64,000 nt of DNA from Podarcis filfolensis (Eukaryota): assembly GCA_964270895.1 (NCBI GenBank), contig OZ185440.1; one strand, given 5' to 3'. Made by a program: the position numbers and the translations under genes. The notes beneath the pieces are model-generated. The model was not told the DNA's origin. It ran no database searches and saw only the letters and a list, made by a program, of their open reading frames with translations. This document shows, piece by piece, positions 1-12,461 of the stretch (the stretch's first letter is position 1; each line of letters starts with the position of its first letter).

Positions 1-213
1 GTGCCGCTCACACCCTCCCCAAAAAACCCCAAAATAGGGAGAACCGCTAGAGCAGACATGGGAGACTCAGAAGGGCAAGGAGGAGAGAAAGTTTTCATTT
101 CACAAACAGGAGTCATTCTACTTGTGCGCTGACTATACTGCGTAGGACCCTGCATTACAAACTGCATGTAGTATGATCTTTTCTAAATATAACCTTTCGC
201 CTTCTCTTTCCAG

Positions 214-3200
214 GTTCTGCCTACAAGCTTGTGTGTTATGTCACTAACTGGGAACAGTACAGGGACCCGCCAGCCAAGTTCACACCAGATAATATAGACC
301 CACATCTGTGTACTCATGTGATCTATGCTTTTGCTGGCATGGACAACAACCGACTTACCACTATAGAATGGAATGACGTGGAACTCTACAAGAAACTTAA
401 TGCCTTAAAGCAAAGGCAAGCAGCTCTCACAATGAATGTATTCACATCATGATGTTTGTTTAACGGCTGCTTCTAGACAATCCCTGACAATAGCAGCAGA
501 TGTAGAAGCAAAAGAAGGAAGAGTCTCATGGGGTCCCTTCATGAATTATGTGTTTAATAAATTAATTAAAGTACTTTTAACCCACACCTCACCACATGAT
601 TTCAGAGCAAGGTACAATACAAGTTAAAATACAACCAACACAATTCCAGTATATGTAGTTGAAAGAGCAGGCAAGAACACAACACATCTTAAAAATTACA
701 GTATATAAACTCTCAAGGAAACCACCCACAGGTTCCTTCATTGCAGAAACAGTACATTGATATTGTTCTCAATATCACACAAAAGCACAGGTAAACCGGC
801 AAGTTTTTACCTCACAGAGATAAAAGTGTCTCTGCCAATCATGCTTTCAGGGGGAGAGCATTTCTTAATTAAGGTGCCACCATAGAAAGGTCCCCATCCT
901 TTGTCACCACATAATGTTTTCCCCTTGGAGGAGCAACAATAAGAAGGGTCTCCTTCTAAGATCTGTGAACATGGGGAAGTGTTCCTTTAGAACTAAGACT
1001 TTTAAAATATTCACCTAAAAATATTAAGGGTGGAAGTGCCAAACAAGAGTTTGAAAGTATGTGTTTCCTAGAGATACTTGTCCAAGAGCTAGGATTGGCT
1101 ATGGCTCCTATGGAGCATACACATGATGGTAAATCTGTACTTTTTGCTATATAATGTGAAAAAAGTAATTTGGAGATGCCTGGCATTCAGGGGGGTGGGG
1201 TTGGTTGGAGTGATGGCTGATGTTTCCCTGTGATGATCATTTTTTGCCTAGTAGGATTCTGTAACTATGTTTCTGAAGACACTTGAGAGTGGAATGATAG
1301 TCATCAGCACACATATTCGTTTTGTTCTGCCCTGCCTTAATCTCTGATGAAAGAGCTTTTGCAGGTTTTTGAAGCACCAGGTTGGGGAAGACTGCCTTGC
1401 AGGAATGCAAAAGACAGTTATGAAAGGCTGCACGCTTGTTCTTTTCACTGTAATAGCATCTGCTTGGCCAGCCTTCTCTGTCCTTGCTTGGAACTGCCAG
1501 CAATCTCAAGAACAACAGCAAGCTTTTAAGTTCTGTCTCACTTTGGGCTCTGTCCCTGGGAGTTGCTTTAATTTCCCCAATGGCCCTGAAAAACTTTTGG
1601 GATTCTGCCCACACCCCTGAAAATGAACTAGAGGAGCTCTCAAAAGCTCTTTGGTTCTGAAATCTATATCCTACAATTATAAGGAGCAACTGGTGATGGA
1701 AGTCTTGGATATTTTGAGGTGGAGAGAGTAAAATTCCTTTTTAATTATCACAAAATATTTGTGTAATGTTAATTCCACTGTATCTTTTTCTTGCTTTCTA
1801 GGAATAATAAGCTGCTCACATTGCTGGCGGTTGGAGGGGGAAGCTTTGACAACCAGAAGTAAGACCCTTCTCCTTCTTATACTCATAGAAAGAGCAGAGG
1901 GTGTTCATGAGATATAGCTTCCTAAGAAATTTGTGATTTGGGACACCCGGCTTAAGGCATTTTGGAGAGCTTGAGTCTGACATAAAGAGCATTTCCTTTT
2001 CTGAGAAATGAATGTCCTTCAAAGATCAAGGAACATTTTCCCTCTTTTGTTTCTGTGTACACTATTATTCAGTGCGAGCCTCCTTCCCAGAGACGCAGTA
2101 CAGGCAGATAGTGGTTTTAATAAGAGAGTCTTTTTTTTAACAGATTAAAGAAGAGGGGGGAAAGGAAGAACCCCCCCCACCAACAAATGCAAGCTCCTTC
2201 TCCTCGTTGAATCATTCCACTTCCCTCATTTCTTTTCACTTGGAGAGGTTTGGTTGAAAAATCCCCCTAAATTTGGCCAAAACCCCAAAAAGAGTAAAAA
2301 GGGACTACTCCTAATTAGTAGAATGGGTGGGAGGGCACTGTGATGTAAACTGGCCTCACTCCACTCATATCTTGGGGTGGAGGAGTAATTTGATTCAGTT
2401 TATATTTAAAGATGAACTTACCAGCCAAATGGCCTGGCAGGCTGCCTTTTATCCTTGTCCTTGTGTGCATCCAGGAGTCCTGAGTCTTGTCCTGGGTGTG
2501 GGGCCAAGCGCCACCATTGACCAGTTGATCCCACACCCAGAAGAACACCCAAAAGGCCCTGCCGCCAGTGGCCAATTTGGCGGCAGGCAGATGATCCGGC
2601 CTGCCATTCGCCGGTTCATGGGAGTGGGCTTGGGGCCCTGCCCACAAAGCCGTAAGGGGCAAACGGACTTACCAAATTCATACTTTTTGAAAAATTATAT
2701 AAACTGAAACCTTCAGAATTCATACTTCTTCAAATTTTCCAGTGCGATTCCCCAGGTTATGTGTCCAACAATGCACATAGTAGACTAAAGTGTGCATAAA
2801 AATGCCTTATATTGGTGAAAATTACATCCAAAACTGTATTAGATTAGGGAAAATTTCTTGCAAAAATGTGTATAAAACTGCATATAAAAATGTTTATTAT
2901 GAGAAATTCACACTAAAATATTGAAGAATCCTCATGAGGAGTTTCAATTTATTTATTCATTTTTGTGGATTGTTGCAGAAATAGAAGCGAATTTAAGATT
3001 TTAAAAATTAGAAACTTGGAGAACCAATATCGACAGATTGGTCCATCCTTAGTCCCTACTGATGTCAAAGCTCTTCCATTTTATAGCAGCTGTTCATGAT
3101 GCCCAGCAAAAAAATAAGAGTGAAATATAGGGTGATGCAAGTTGTAAAAGGCAGCTGTCAAAAAATAACACATTTCTTCCAGGTTCACTTCCATGATATC

Positions 3201-6200
3201 CTCTCCAGCAAATCGGCAGACATTTGCCACCACATCAATCGATTTTCTCCGCAAACATGGGTTTGATGGTATGGACCTTGATTGGGAATATCCAGGTTCC
3301 AAAGGCAGCCCTGCAGAGGATAAGCATCGCTTCACCATCTTGACTCAGGTATGAAAATAAAATAATATAGATGTCCATCCCAGCTTCAGCAAAGGGTGCT
3401 GGAAGCCCCTAGGGAGATAGCATGGATCATACTTACTTTGACAAAAATGGTCAAAACCTTTCTTAAAAACAACAGTGAATGATTGTAACAGAGTTTCTTT
3501 ATTTTAAAATGGTATTTAAAATTAATTTCCTGGAATGTATACTGTAGTGATAGAACATATGAGTACCTCTGAGCATGTATAGAGTGCTTTTGTAATCACA
3601 ACCAGCCTCCATATATTTATTCTTCCACATGAAGAACAATGGTTGGTTTGGGTCCCAGTGACAAACAGTGTAATGCTATGAATATCTACTCAGAAGCAGG
3701 TTCCATTAAATTCAATGGGGCCTAAGTGACCATACCTGAGAGAAAGCACTATTAAACTTAATGGACTTTTCTTCTCAGTACACTTGTATTGGATAGCACT
3801 GTGAATTACTAAATATGACAAAGAAGACTCAACCATCAAGAAGAAGAATTGCTCAGATGCAATCAAATAAATAAAAATAAATAGGCATGCCCAACTTGTG
3901 TGTGGAGATTTATCTTTATTTATTGATTAAGTTTATATACCATCCTTCATCCGAAGATATTTCTCATCATGATCTGTATGGGTGGAAATTTCCAGCCTGC
4001 AAAAGGCCAGCTGTCCTTTGAAAGGTGTTCTGTTCAGTTGCACATGAGCAGCACCCAACTGATCCTGCTATTTCTCTCTGAAGGAACTAATAGCTGCTTT
4101 TGAGGAAGAGGGCAAAAGAACAGGACGCCCACGGCTGTTGCTTTCTGCTGCAGTATCTGCTAGCAAAAACACCATGGATGCTGGATATGAAGTTGCTGCC
4201 CTGGGGAAGTGAGTCACATGGTTTCTGCTAAGCGACATGCCCTGCGTCAGAATCTCTGTTGAACACCAGCTCTGAATGCTCTAACTTCTAGGTTTGGACA
4301 AATTGCTAAAGAACTCAGGAGAAAGCCGTTCAAATGAAAAGCCTCTGTTTTTCCTCCCTTCTCTTTCTGCTTTATTGCTATTATTATTACTTATTAAATT
4401 TGTGCTGCTGCTGAACCTGTACACAGTACACTACACTGGCTCTCCCAAAGATCCAGCCCATTTCAATAATTTTGAACCTCCTCTGGGGATTGATGTCCTG
4501 GTTTTGTAGGCTCTCATAAACAGTGGTTTGTAGGGTGGTATTTATTGACCATTGTGTCTATGCAGCCATACTGTGCTGTAGGCTTTATATAAATAAATCT
4601 GGGCCTCATTCTACAGTGCCTTTGGAAATATTTCTGAGGGCTTTTAAAGGAGCTGCTACATCATGCTTATGTAATCACAGGTTGTTGTTTTTTAAATTAT
4701 TTGTCTATGAATCAAAATAACTGTCTTATTATTATCACTAACAGTGTGGCTGTTGGATCATAGATTCCTTAATGTTTGAAGAAATTGTTCCTTCATCTTG
4801 CCATTCCTTTCTGTGTGCATCCAGGAGTCTTGATTTAATCAACGTGATGACCTATGATTTCCATGGAAGTTGGGCACCTCAAACAGGACACAACAGCCCC
4901 CTGCACAGAGGTCTACCTTCCTATGACTCAACGCCCTTCTTCAACAGTGTAAGAACAAACAACACATTGTTGTTGTTGTTTAGTCGTTTAGTCATGTCCG
5001 ACTCTTCGTGACCCCATGGACTAGAGCATGCCAGGCACTCCTGTCTTCCACTGCCTCCTGCAGTTTGGTCAAACTCATGCTGGTAGCTTTGAGAACACTG
5101 TCCAACCATCTCATCCTCTGTCACCCCCTTCTGCTTGTGCCCTCAATCTTTCCCAACATCAAGGTCTTTTCCAGGGAGTCTTCTCTTCTCATGAGGTGGC
5201 CAAAGTATTGGAGCCTCAGCTTCACGATCTGTCCTTCAAACAACACATAACCCAATCTTAAACTCATAGCTAAATTCCAGTGACAATTTCCCCCACCCAA
5301 TGCACTAAAAACTGAATCAAGCCTAAGCATTAGGGTGGCCACTTGTACACCACCAAAAAGGAGGAGATGCGTCATGAAAAAGACCTGAACAGATTTTCAT
5401 GTCCTAATTTATATGTCTAGATGCAAAGTTAGAACCAATGTCTATAAATTCAAATAGACATAGAAAACATTTTACCATAGTGGGGAAGATGGGACCAAGT
5501 GACCTGTGTGCTAGCTCAGTCTGCTGTCCAGGAGCTGTTACTGGGTGACTTCAAGGCCCCTGCTCTCCCTTTGCATGATTCCTTATCTTTAAACTGGGCC
5601 TGGACTGGACAACTCTTCAAAAAGAGGACTTCCTCAAAGAGAGGACTCTTCTCTGTCCAGTGGAACACATGGCCACCCTAGCAAACATGGGTGGGTGATT
5701 GATGATGAGGCTCAAAATACATGTTCTGTGTAGCTGCATGAAGAATTCCTCTTTTAAAAAAAAGAAAGTTCAAAGGCAGAGTATATTTGAGTGAATTTCA
5801 GCTCAAAAATCACCTTCCCCAAGCTCCCCCAAGCTTTTTTTTTCATTTACAAACATTTTTGGAAGACACAGAGACCCTGACTTCCCACAGATGACAAAGC
5901 AGCTTGAGGAGGTTGATCCAAAGAGGGAAAGGGCTAAGCAGCCCCTCACTGCCTGCCCTTCCTCTCAGCTCCTCCCAAATACTTTTGTCTTTTAAAAAAG
6001 TAAACTCACCGAGGAAAGAATGACAGAAGTCTGCATAATTTGTCTGTGCTTCAGGAATATGCCATGAAATACTGGAAGGACAATGGAGCGCCAGCTGAGA
6101 AACTCATGATGGGCTTTCCAACATATGGACAGTCTTTCAAACTTGCTAGTTCACGAACCGACGTTGGTGCTCCAGCCAGTGGTGGAGGTTCTCCTGGACA

Positions 6201-8962
6201 GTACACCAAAACTTCTGGGATCTTGGCATATTACGAGGTAAATGGGCCTTTGGCGCTTTATTACAGAATATTGACGACTGAGAGCTACTATAATGTAACT
6301 GATCATGTTGGGGAGGCAGAGTCAATTCCCACAGCTGTAAATCTCAAAGGGTGGGCTTGGGCAAATCATTTTCTCTTAACACATCTTATTTTGACAGGGT
6401 TTTTGTGAGGATAAAGTGGGATGATTCTGTGGAAGGTGCCTAAGACATAACCAAAGTCTTAGGCAGCAATCCCATGAATATTTATTTGGGAGCCATGCCA
6501 CGGGTACAGCCCTGTTCAGGCCTTCGCCTGAATAAATGTGGACTAAAACCAGGGAAGGGACAGAAGTGTCCATGTATGTTTCTCTGTTTCAGACCTTCCT
6601 GAACTGAGAGGGAAGATCTGAAAGCTGACACTTAAGTGCCTTCAGCAGAATGTGCTTGGCATCTTCACTGTGCTTGGGCTCCTTGCCTTATCAGGGTTTC
6701 TGGTGGGAGGAGTCCAAGCACCTATGGGAACATTTGGGATGGCACTTGGGTATGCATTTCTGCTCTCCGCTTTCCATTTTCAGTCAACAAGCATTTAGAG
6801 GAATGCCTGATTGGGGGCTTCAGTGTTCCGTCAATAATGCATAGGACCAGCATGTAGAGCTGCAATCCATTGCTAGGGAGCACCTGTTATTCAATGCAGT
6901 GGGATGTACTTCTGAGTCAACAAGTGTAGGCTCACACTTTTAGAGAAAACCAGAACAATTTGGTTACCATATACTGGAGTGGGGATTCTTGTCCAGCTCA
7001 AGGGCCACAGGCAAATATTGGTAGAGTGATGGATGCGACTTAACTTAGCAAAGTAGTTTACCTTCCAGCCACACAAAATCCATAGGTTTCATCCATCCAT
7101 AGGCCTCCATCCAGACAAGCTTAAGGTGTGATCACATGCCAAGAGCACATTCTAGCCAAGCAAAGGCACTCATGGAGGGTGTGGTGCAGGGCCATTGAGG
7201 CGTGTGCCCTGGGGAGAGTCCTGAAGGTCAGAGGGAGAGGCTGTGGAAGGTCTCATTTGGCTGTTGTATACAGTAAATTAATGCTGCAGACCATCAAACG
7301 CTGTACTCTTCTAGCAATAAAATAATCAATGATTCTGATAGGGAAGCTTGGACTGATTAACTTTTAGGATTATAGACTTTGTTTTTATTTTTGTTCATAC
7401 CCCCTTGAGTTTCTGCTCTTTATCTAAACAGGGATTCTATCATTTTGACAGGTGTGCCCATTTTTAAAGGGAGCTACCAAGGGATGGATCGAAGAACAGA
7501 AGGTTCCTTATGCTTTCAAAGCTGGAGACTGGGTTGGATATGACGACGAGAAGAGTTTTCAGTTTAAAGTGTGTCACTGCTTTGTGATAATTGCTACATC
7601 CTATGAGAATGAAAATCCTTTAGGCCCTCTAGCTGCTAACCAAATTTACAGCCACATTCTCACAGTCATGGGCTGTATCCAATGCCGTTATTCCACTAGT
7701 GCAGCAGACTCATGCAATGGAACTTCCCCCTTTTCTCCTATCCCTAGTGGCCCCTGACATGAAAAGTTTACAGCATCCTCTGGAACAGATTTTGAGGGCA
7801 CACAGGGAGAGGAGCGGAATTGGAATTGGAAGTCCAGTTGCATGGGTGGACCTTTGTGTACACATGTTCTTTAAGGCTCCATGTTATTTAAAATCTTCTT
7901 CTTTTCCCATGATACACCGTTCTGTTCCTCAACTCCATTCTTCCCCCTCTAACAGACAATCCGAATTCTGGGGCCTCTGAACATGTTTTTCTTTTTTTTT
8001 TTTTAGTGTTCAACTCAAATATTTTTTGGTACTTCTGGAAACCCTGGGATCCCCCAGGGCATGCTGATACCCTCTTTTATTTATAAGTAGCATTGTTTGA
8101 GTACCATCCTGTTGGCTGGCACACAACATTTTGGAAGTAGAAGGAGTGTACAATATTAAGAATTGTCTGCCTCATTCTTATTTCATCCTGGGAGTAAACA
8201 GAAATAAAATTCTGCTTCATCCCCTACACAAAATTAATGTTAGCAGCTCCAAGTGCTCTTTAGCCACCCTCTGTGGTTACCTCACAGAAAGAAGGAGCAT
8301 CTTATTTATGTCACCACAGAGTGGCACACTCTCGATTCACAAAAAATGGGTTACTGAGCCACTGTACGTTAGCTCAATTTCCTTTGAATGTTATGCTTAA
8401 ATGTAAATTGTATCTTTTTGTAGACTGCTTTGAGGTTGTTGGTTTTTTCTTTTTACAATCAAGTGGTATATAAAATGTCATCTAGTCCAACTCCCTGTTG
8501 TGTAGGAATCACAACTAAAGCACACATGACAGGTGGCCATCCAATCTCTGCTTAGAAGCTTTCAAGGAAGGAGAGGCCACCACCTCCCGAGGGAGTCCAT
8601 CCACTGCTAAACAGCTCTTACTGTCAGAAAGCTCTTCCTGATGTAAAGCCAGAATTTCCTTACGTATATTGTAAATGTGCTGCAGTGTCCAGAAGGAATT
8701 TGTAGTTGCCTGTTATTAGCAAATGATAGAAGAGGCATGTTATGTGACAACTATTATGGAATGGGTACATAAGCACTAGTCTGTGGGTTATTTACAAATG
8801 TCCCCCCCCCCCTCAACTTCTTTGCAGGCTGAGTTTCTGAAGAGGGAGAATTATGGAGGAGCCATGGTTTGGACTCTGGGGATGGATGACTTCTCTGGCA
8901 AATTCTGTGGCCAAGGAGCCAATGTCCTTGTGAATAAGCTTAAGGGTCTCCTAGGAAACTGA
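214..8962 (+). CDS. Gene A: GH18 chitinase (5'-partial), catalytic motif intact, no hinge/CBM14; OVGP1-lineage candidate
   Basis: Exons 214-415 (GC donor), 1802-1858, 3183-3348, 4084-4208, 4825-4948, 6055-6237, 7452-7568, 8828-8962 (TGA 8960-8962). Lengths 202/57/166/125/124/183/117/135 keep frame. Motifs [46 protein letters not shown]. Signal-peptide exons 1-2 are not in the window; about 387 aa if they total 55 nt as in the paralogues. Confidence 0.92.
4968..5236 (-). mobile_element. RTE/BovB-type LINE 3' fragment in gene A intron 7
   Basis: Minus-strand translation [25 protein letters not shown] is typical of the BovB/RTE RT C-terminus. (CAA)n tail; direct repeat CAAACAACACAT at 4956-4967 and 5237-5248 (TSD). 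Confidence 0.85.
8480..8645 (-). mobile_element. CR1-like 3' fragment
   Basis: GTCATCTAGTCCAAC...GGCCATCCAATCTCTGCTT...CCACCACCTCCCGAGG resembles reverse-oriented reptile CR1 3' ends; recognised by eye only. Confidence 0.5.
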
Positions 8963-9088
8963 GGTAATGACAAATTAGGCTGCAAGGCGCATGTTTCATT
9001 AAGCTACCAATCTATCGTCCAGTGAAGTTTGAATTAGGCATACTAATTACATCAGTTTCAACCCTTATTTTCTAACCTCTCTTTTTAG

Positions 9089-9255
9089 ATTTGAATGTTT
9101 GGAATAGTCTCAAGGGGATTCATGTGATTAAACCCTGCGATATGAAAGCATTTTAAATATTATATATATATAGTCTCTCAGCTGTAGTCTTCTAAGTGGC
9201 TCACAACATGAATACAAGCCACACAACAAATAAAGTTGCTAAAATTGAAATTAAA
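9089..9255 (+). other. Putative non-coding terminal exon (3' UTR) of gene A
   Basis: Donor G|GTAATG at 8964; CTAAC branch-like motif 9072-9076, pyrimidine tract and TTTTAG acceptor ending 9088; AATAAA 9229-9234. The 3' end is approximate. Confidence 0.55.
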
Positions 9256-10469
9256 TTGAGACAAGAGGAGAAACCCACTTTGAAAGGGCAGCAAAAGCTA
9301 AAATAGAAAGTTAAGCAAAGCTTGTGCATTGCCTACTTACCTGGAAGTAAAGGCCACTAAACTCAATGGGACTTGAGTTACTCTCCATGTGGCCCCAAAC
9401 TATATGCACCTCATGGATGCTATTTAGTAAACAACAACCAAGCATGCAGAGGCCTATGGAATGCGCAGTGTCATGTCTGAGTTGGTCTAGAGTCTGAGGA
9501 AGTGTTGCAATACAGGGTTAAATGTTTCAGGGTTGTTTTTGCTCTGCTATGCTCTTGATAAATAGGAAGTCTTGCAAATATCTGATGTGCTTCTGACATG
9601 CATTTGTTCTCCTATGACAGAACATGAAGTATCACACCAAGCAAATAGAGGAATGCAACGTGTTGTGGAACAAAGATGGATCCATGTTATATCTCTCACC
9701 TCCTTGAACCTTTGCAAGCGAAAAGATACTTCAAGATATTCGCTGCCTATCAGCATGTGATCATCCAGACTTGAGCAACCTGTTGTGGAATCTTCCATTA
9801 CAAACTTTTGTTTGAGTCTGCTGCGTGTCTCATTTTTCTTCCTTTACTGTTAATCAGATTTTGAATATCGTGAGATTTATGCAGAATTGGAATGCACATG
9901 CTCTTTTTAGGCAACTTTGATTTTCTATTTCACTATGCAATCTAATAAAAAAAAAATTGCATTTACTTGTACTTTAAATCATTTTAAATTGTGGCATAAT
10001 GGTGATGACAATTAAGGCATTTCTTTCAGGCATTTGATATTTATAACTTTAGGTGCCTCTCCCTTAGCTATTTGTTTCCACCTGTCTTTAAAAGAGAAAG
10101 TTTATAAAAATCAAAGACACAGGGAGCTTCACCTTATTCTAGTTTCCAGGAAGGTGTTTGTTGCTTAGTGAGTACCTGAGTCTTGCTGTCAAGGTCCAAA
10201 AGAGGATCAGATGGCTTTTTGCTTGGTTAAAAGGCAGAGGCAGCAGTGCTTAAACGAGGAGAGATTATTATTTAATCAGCCTGAAATGTAAGAAATTGTA
10301 TTTATTTTGAGAAAAAAATCTAATCATCACTCCCTCAATTTTTTTAAATGAACCCCAAAGTGTATAGCTCTACTCCCTGGAAGAAAGATCAAGGACTGCT
10401 ATGAGAGCCAGAAATTCAACTAAATTCTGCTGCCCTTCTGATTGGCTAAGAGACGGAAAGTTAGAATAG

Positions 10470-10925
10470 TGTTATGACTTTGCAAGACACTAATCTAGAC
10501 AAAAAATGGGAACACTTCCCCTTGAGGTTTGAGATCGTTACTTAGAAGACAATGCCAGAGTTTTTGTTAGGAGGAAGTTTTAGGATTTAAGTTGGCTGTG
10601 GAGTGATCAAGGGAAAAAACTGTCAGTCTGTTAAATGCAGCAAGTTGGAAACGGGGTGGTGGTGGTGGTGGTGGTGGTGGCAGAACTCAAGTTGAGCTGC
10701 CTGTTTTGAATAAGAGATTGTAGCCATGAGAGAGACAGGACCCCCTTGGAGTGTAATGCTTTGAACCCCTGCATTGTAGGCTCAGGTTGTATATATGTGT
10801 AAATAAGCCATACATCATAAAGACACCACAGTCTTCACTGTGCCTCGTTTCCAAAGAAAACCCTGGGTAAGCATCTGGAACCCTTGGAATTTTTCAACAC
10901 TGGGAAATTGGGGTGGCGTGTAACA
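10470..10925 (+). mobile_element. Solo LTR (ERV/Gypsy-like), 456 bp
   Basis: Termini TGTTA...TAACA, flanked by 4-bp direct repeat ATAG (10466-10469, 10926-10929); internal (GGT)n and TATA/AATAA-like motifs. Confidence 0.65.
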
Positions 10926-12057
10926 ATAGTGTCTATAAGTGAAGCTGGGGAGCAGCAGGAGGAAGAAAGACATGGAAATTGGAAGAAAAAGCTGGAATAG
11001 AGAGTGCTACAGAAGATTTGGACTCCAGGGACAAGTTGTTGGACAATAAGTCCTATCATCACTGACTATTGGCTATGCTGGTCAGGGTTCATGGCAGCTG
11101 GAGTTCAACAACATCTAAAGGGCCACAGATTCTCCATTCCTGATTTAGCTTGTGTTCTGTTTCCAGTAACGGTCAGATTCAACTGGAGGCTCAAAAGCAG
11201 GGCCTGATGGCTTAGTAAATCATCCCCATAGTTCTTAGAGGACAAGAAGTTCTGTGCAAGTTCATTTTAGCTTTCACAGCTCCGCTCTGTCAGTTTGACT
11301 ACATTGATTGTTGTTGTTTAGAGGCTTCTCAAAGTCTCATTTCCAGCATCATCAGCAATGGTTTTAGATTGCAGTAGCAAAACTAGAGGAAACTACTAGC
11401 TATGTTGCTGTTATTCAGCTCCACTTTGAGCTTAGGCTCCCACTTCTCTGCTATATCGCGTTCTCCTTTTTTCAACATGAAGCATTAGTATAGAGTCTTA
11501 TCTTGCACTGATATAGTGTCATGGAGGTGTGCCTTGCAGAAACAGCCTTGGGGATTTTAGAGATATATAATCTCAAAGTGACTTTTTATGGGGGGCTGAA
11601 GGCCAGTTGCATAAGTTTTTGGCATGGTGTATGGCTGCAAGTCACAAACTAATGTTCTCCTAGGGTTTTTTTGCTTTTTAAGCTGTCATTTAATGATAAC
11701 CACTTGTTGGGCATGAAGAATGGCAAATTGTGCAAGAATACTTTGGCCCCATTTGGACACAAATATCATTGCTTATTTATCTGACATCTGCATGTTGAGC
11801 CGTGTGCCTTGCATGCTATAAATAGTTGTCTAGAAAGGCTATTAGAGCCTCTTCACATATGATTACTCAACACTTGAGCAAGTTTAGACTAGGAATGGAC
11901 AAATCCGTCCATTCTGCTTTTATCTTAGTTTTCTGATCGTCAGCTCGCTTTCCACATTTCTGCATTGGGTTGCAGGGTTATTTTCTTTAAAAATTTCTCC
12001 TGAAAATATCATTTTAATGTTATGTTTTAATGCTGGGACCTTGGAGTGAAGAGTGGG

Positions 12058-12058
12058 C

Positions 12059-12111
<53 letters not shown>
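12058..12111. repeat. (TTG)n microsatellite
   Basis: Direct reading; explains the poly-Q ORF 11920-12165. Confidence 0.95.
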
Positions 12112-12112
<1 letters not shown>

Positions 12113-12461
12113 CCTTTGCCTACACAGAGGCTGACAACACTAGGGTTTGTTTTCAGCTTAACCACATATGTTATTGGGTTGTAAGATTTCTACAATTGAA
12201 CATTAAGTGATTAATTGAACATTCATTAAAATCATTGGGACGTTTGCTGTCGACGTTTGCTGACATCCAAATCTGTCAAAAATCAGAAAAAGATAGGCCT
12301 TTGTGGTTCTCTTCATACACACAATGTAATTTTTCATAAAGTCAACACTTTTTCCATCCTTGAAGTTAGATCTGTTTTCTGTCCCGGGATTTATTCTTCA
12401 GCCACCTGTGCACTTTAGCTGCCAGATGTATGCCCCTTTAGCAGGTGTGTGGCTCCCATAC

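Noticed and set aside
11920-12165. Poly-Q ORF
   Set aside because: Translation of a (TTG)n microsatellite.
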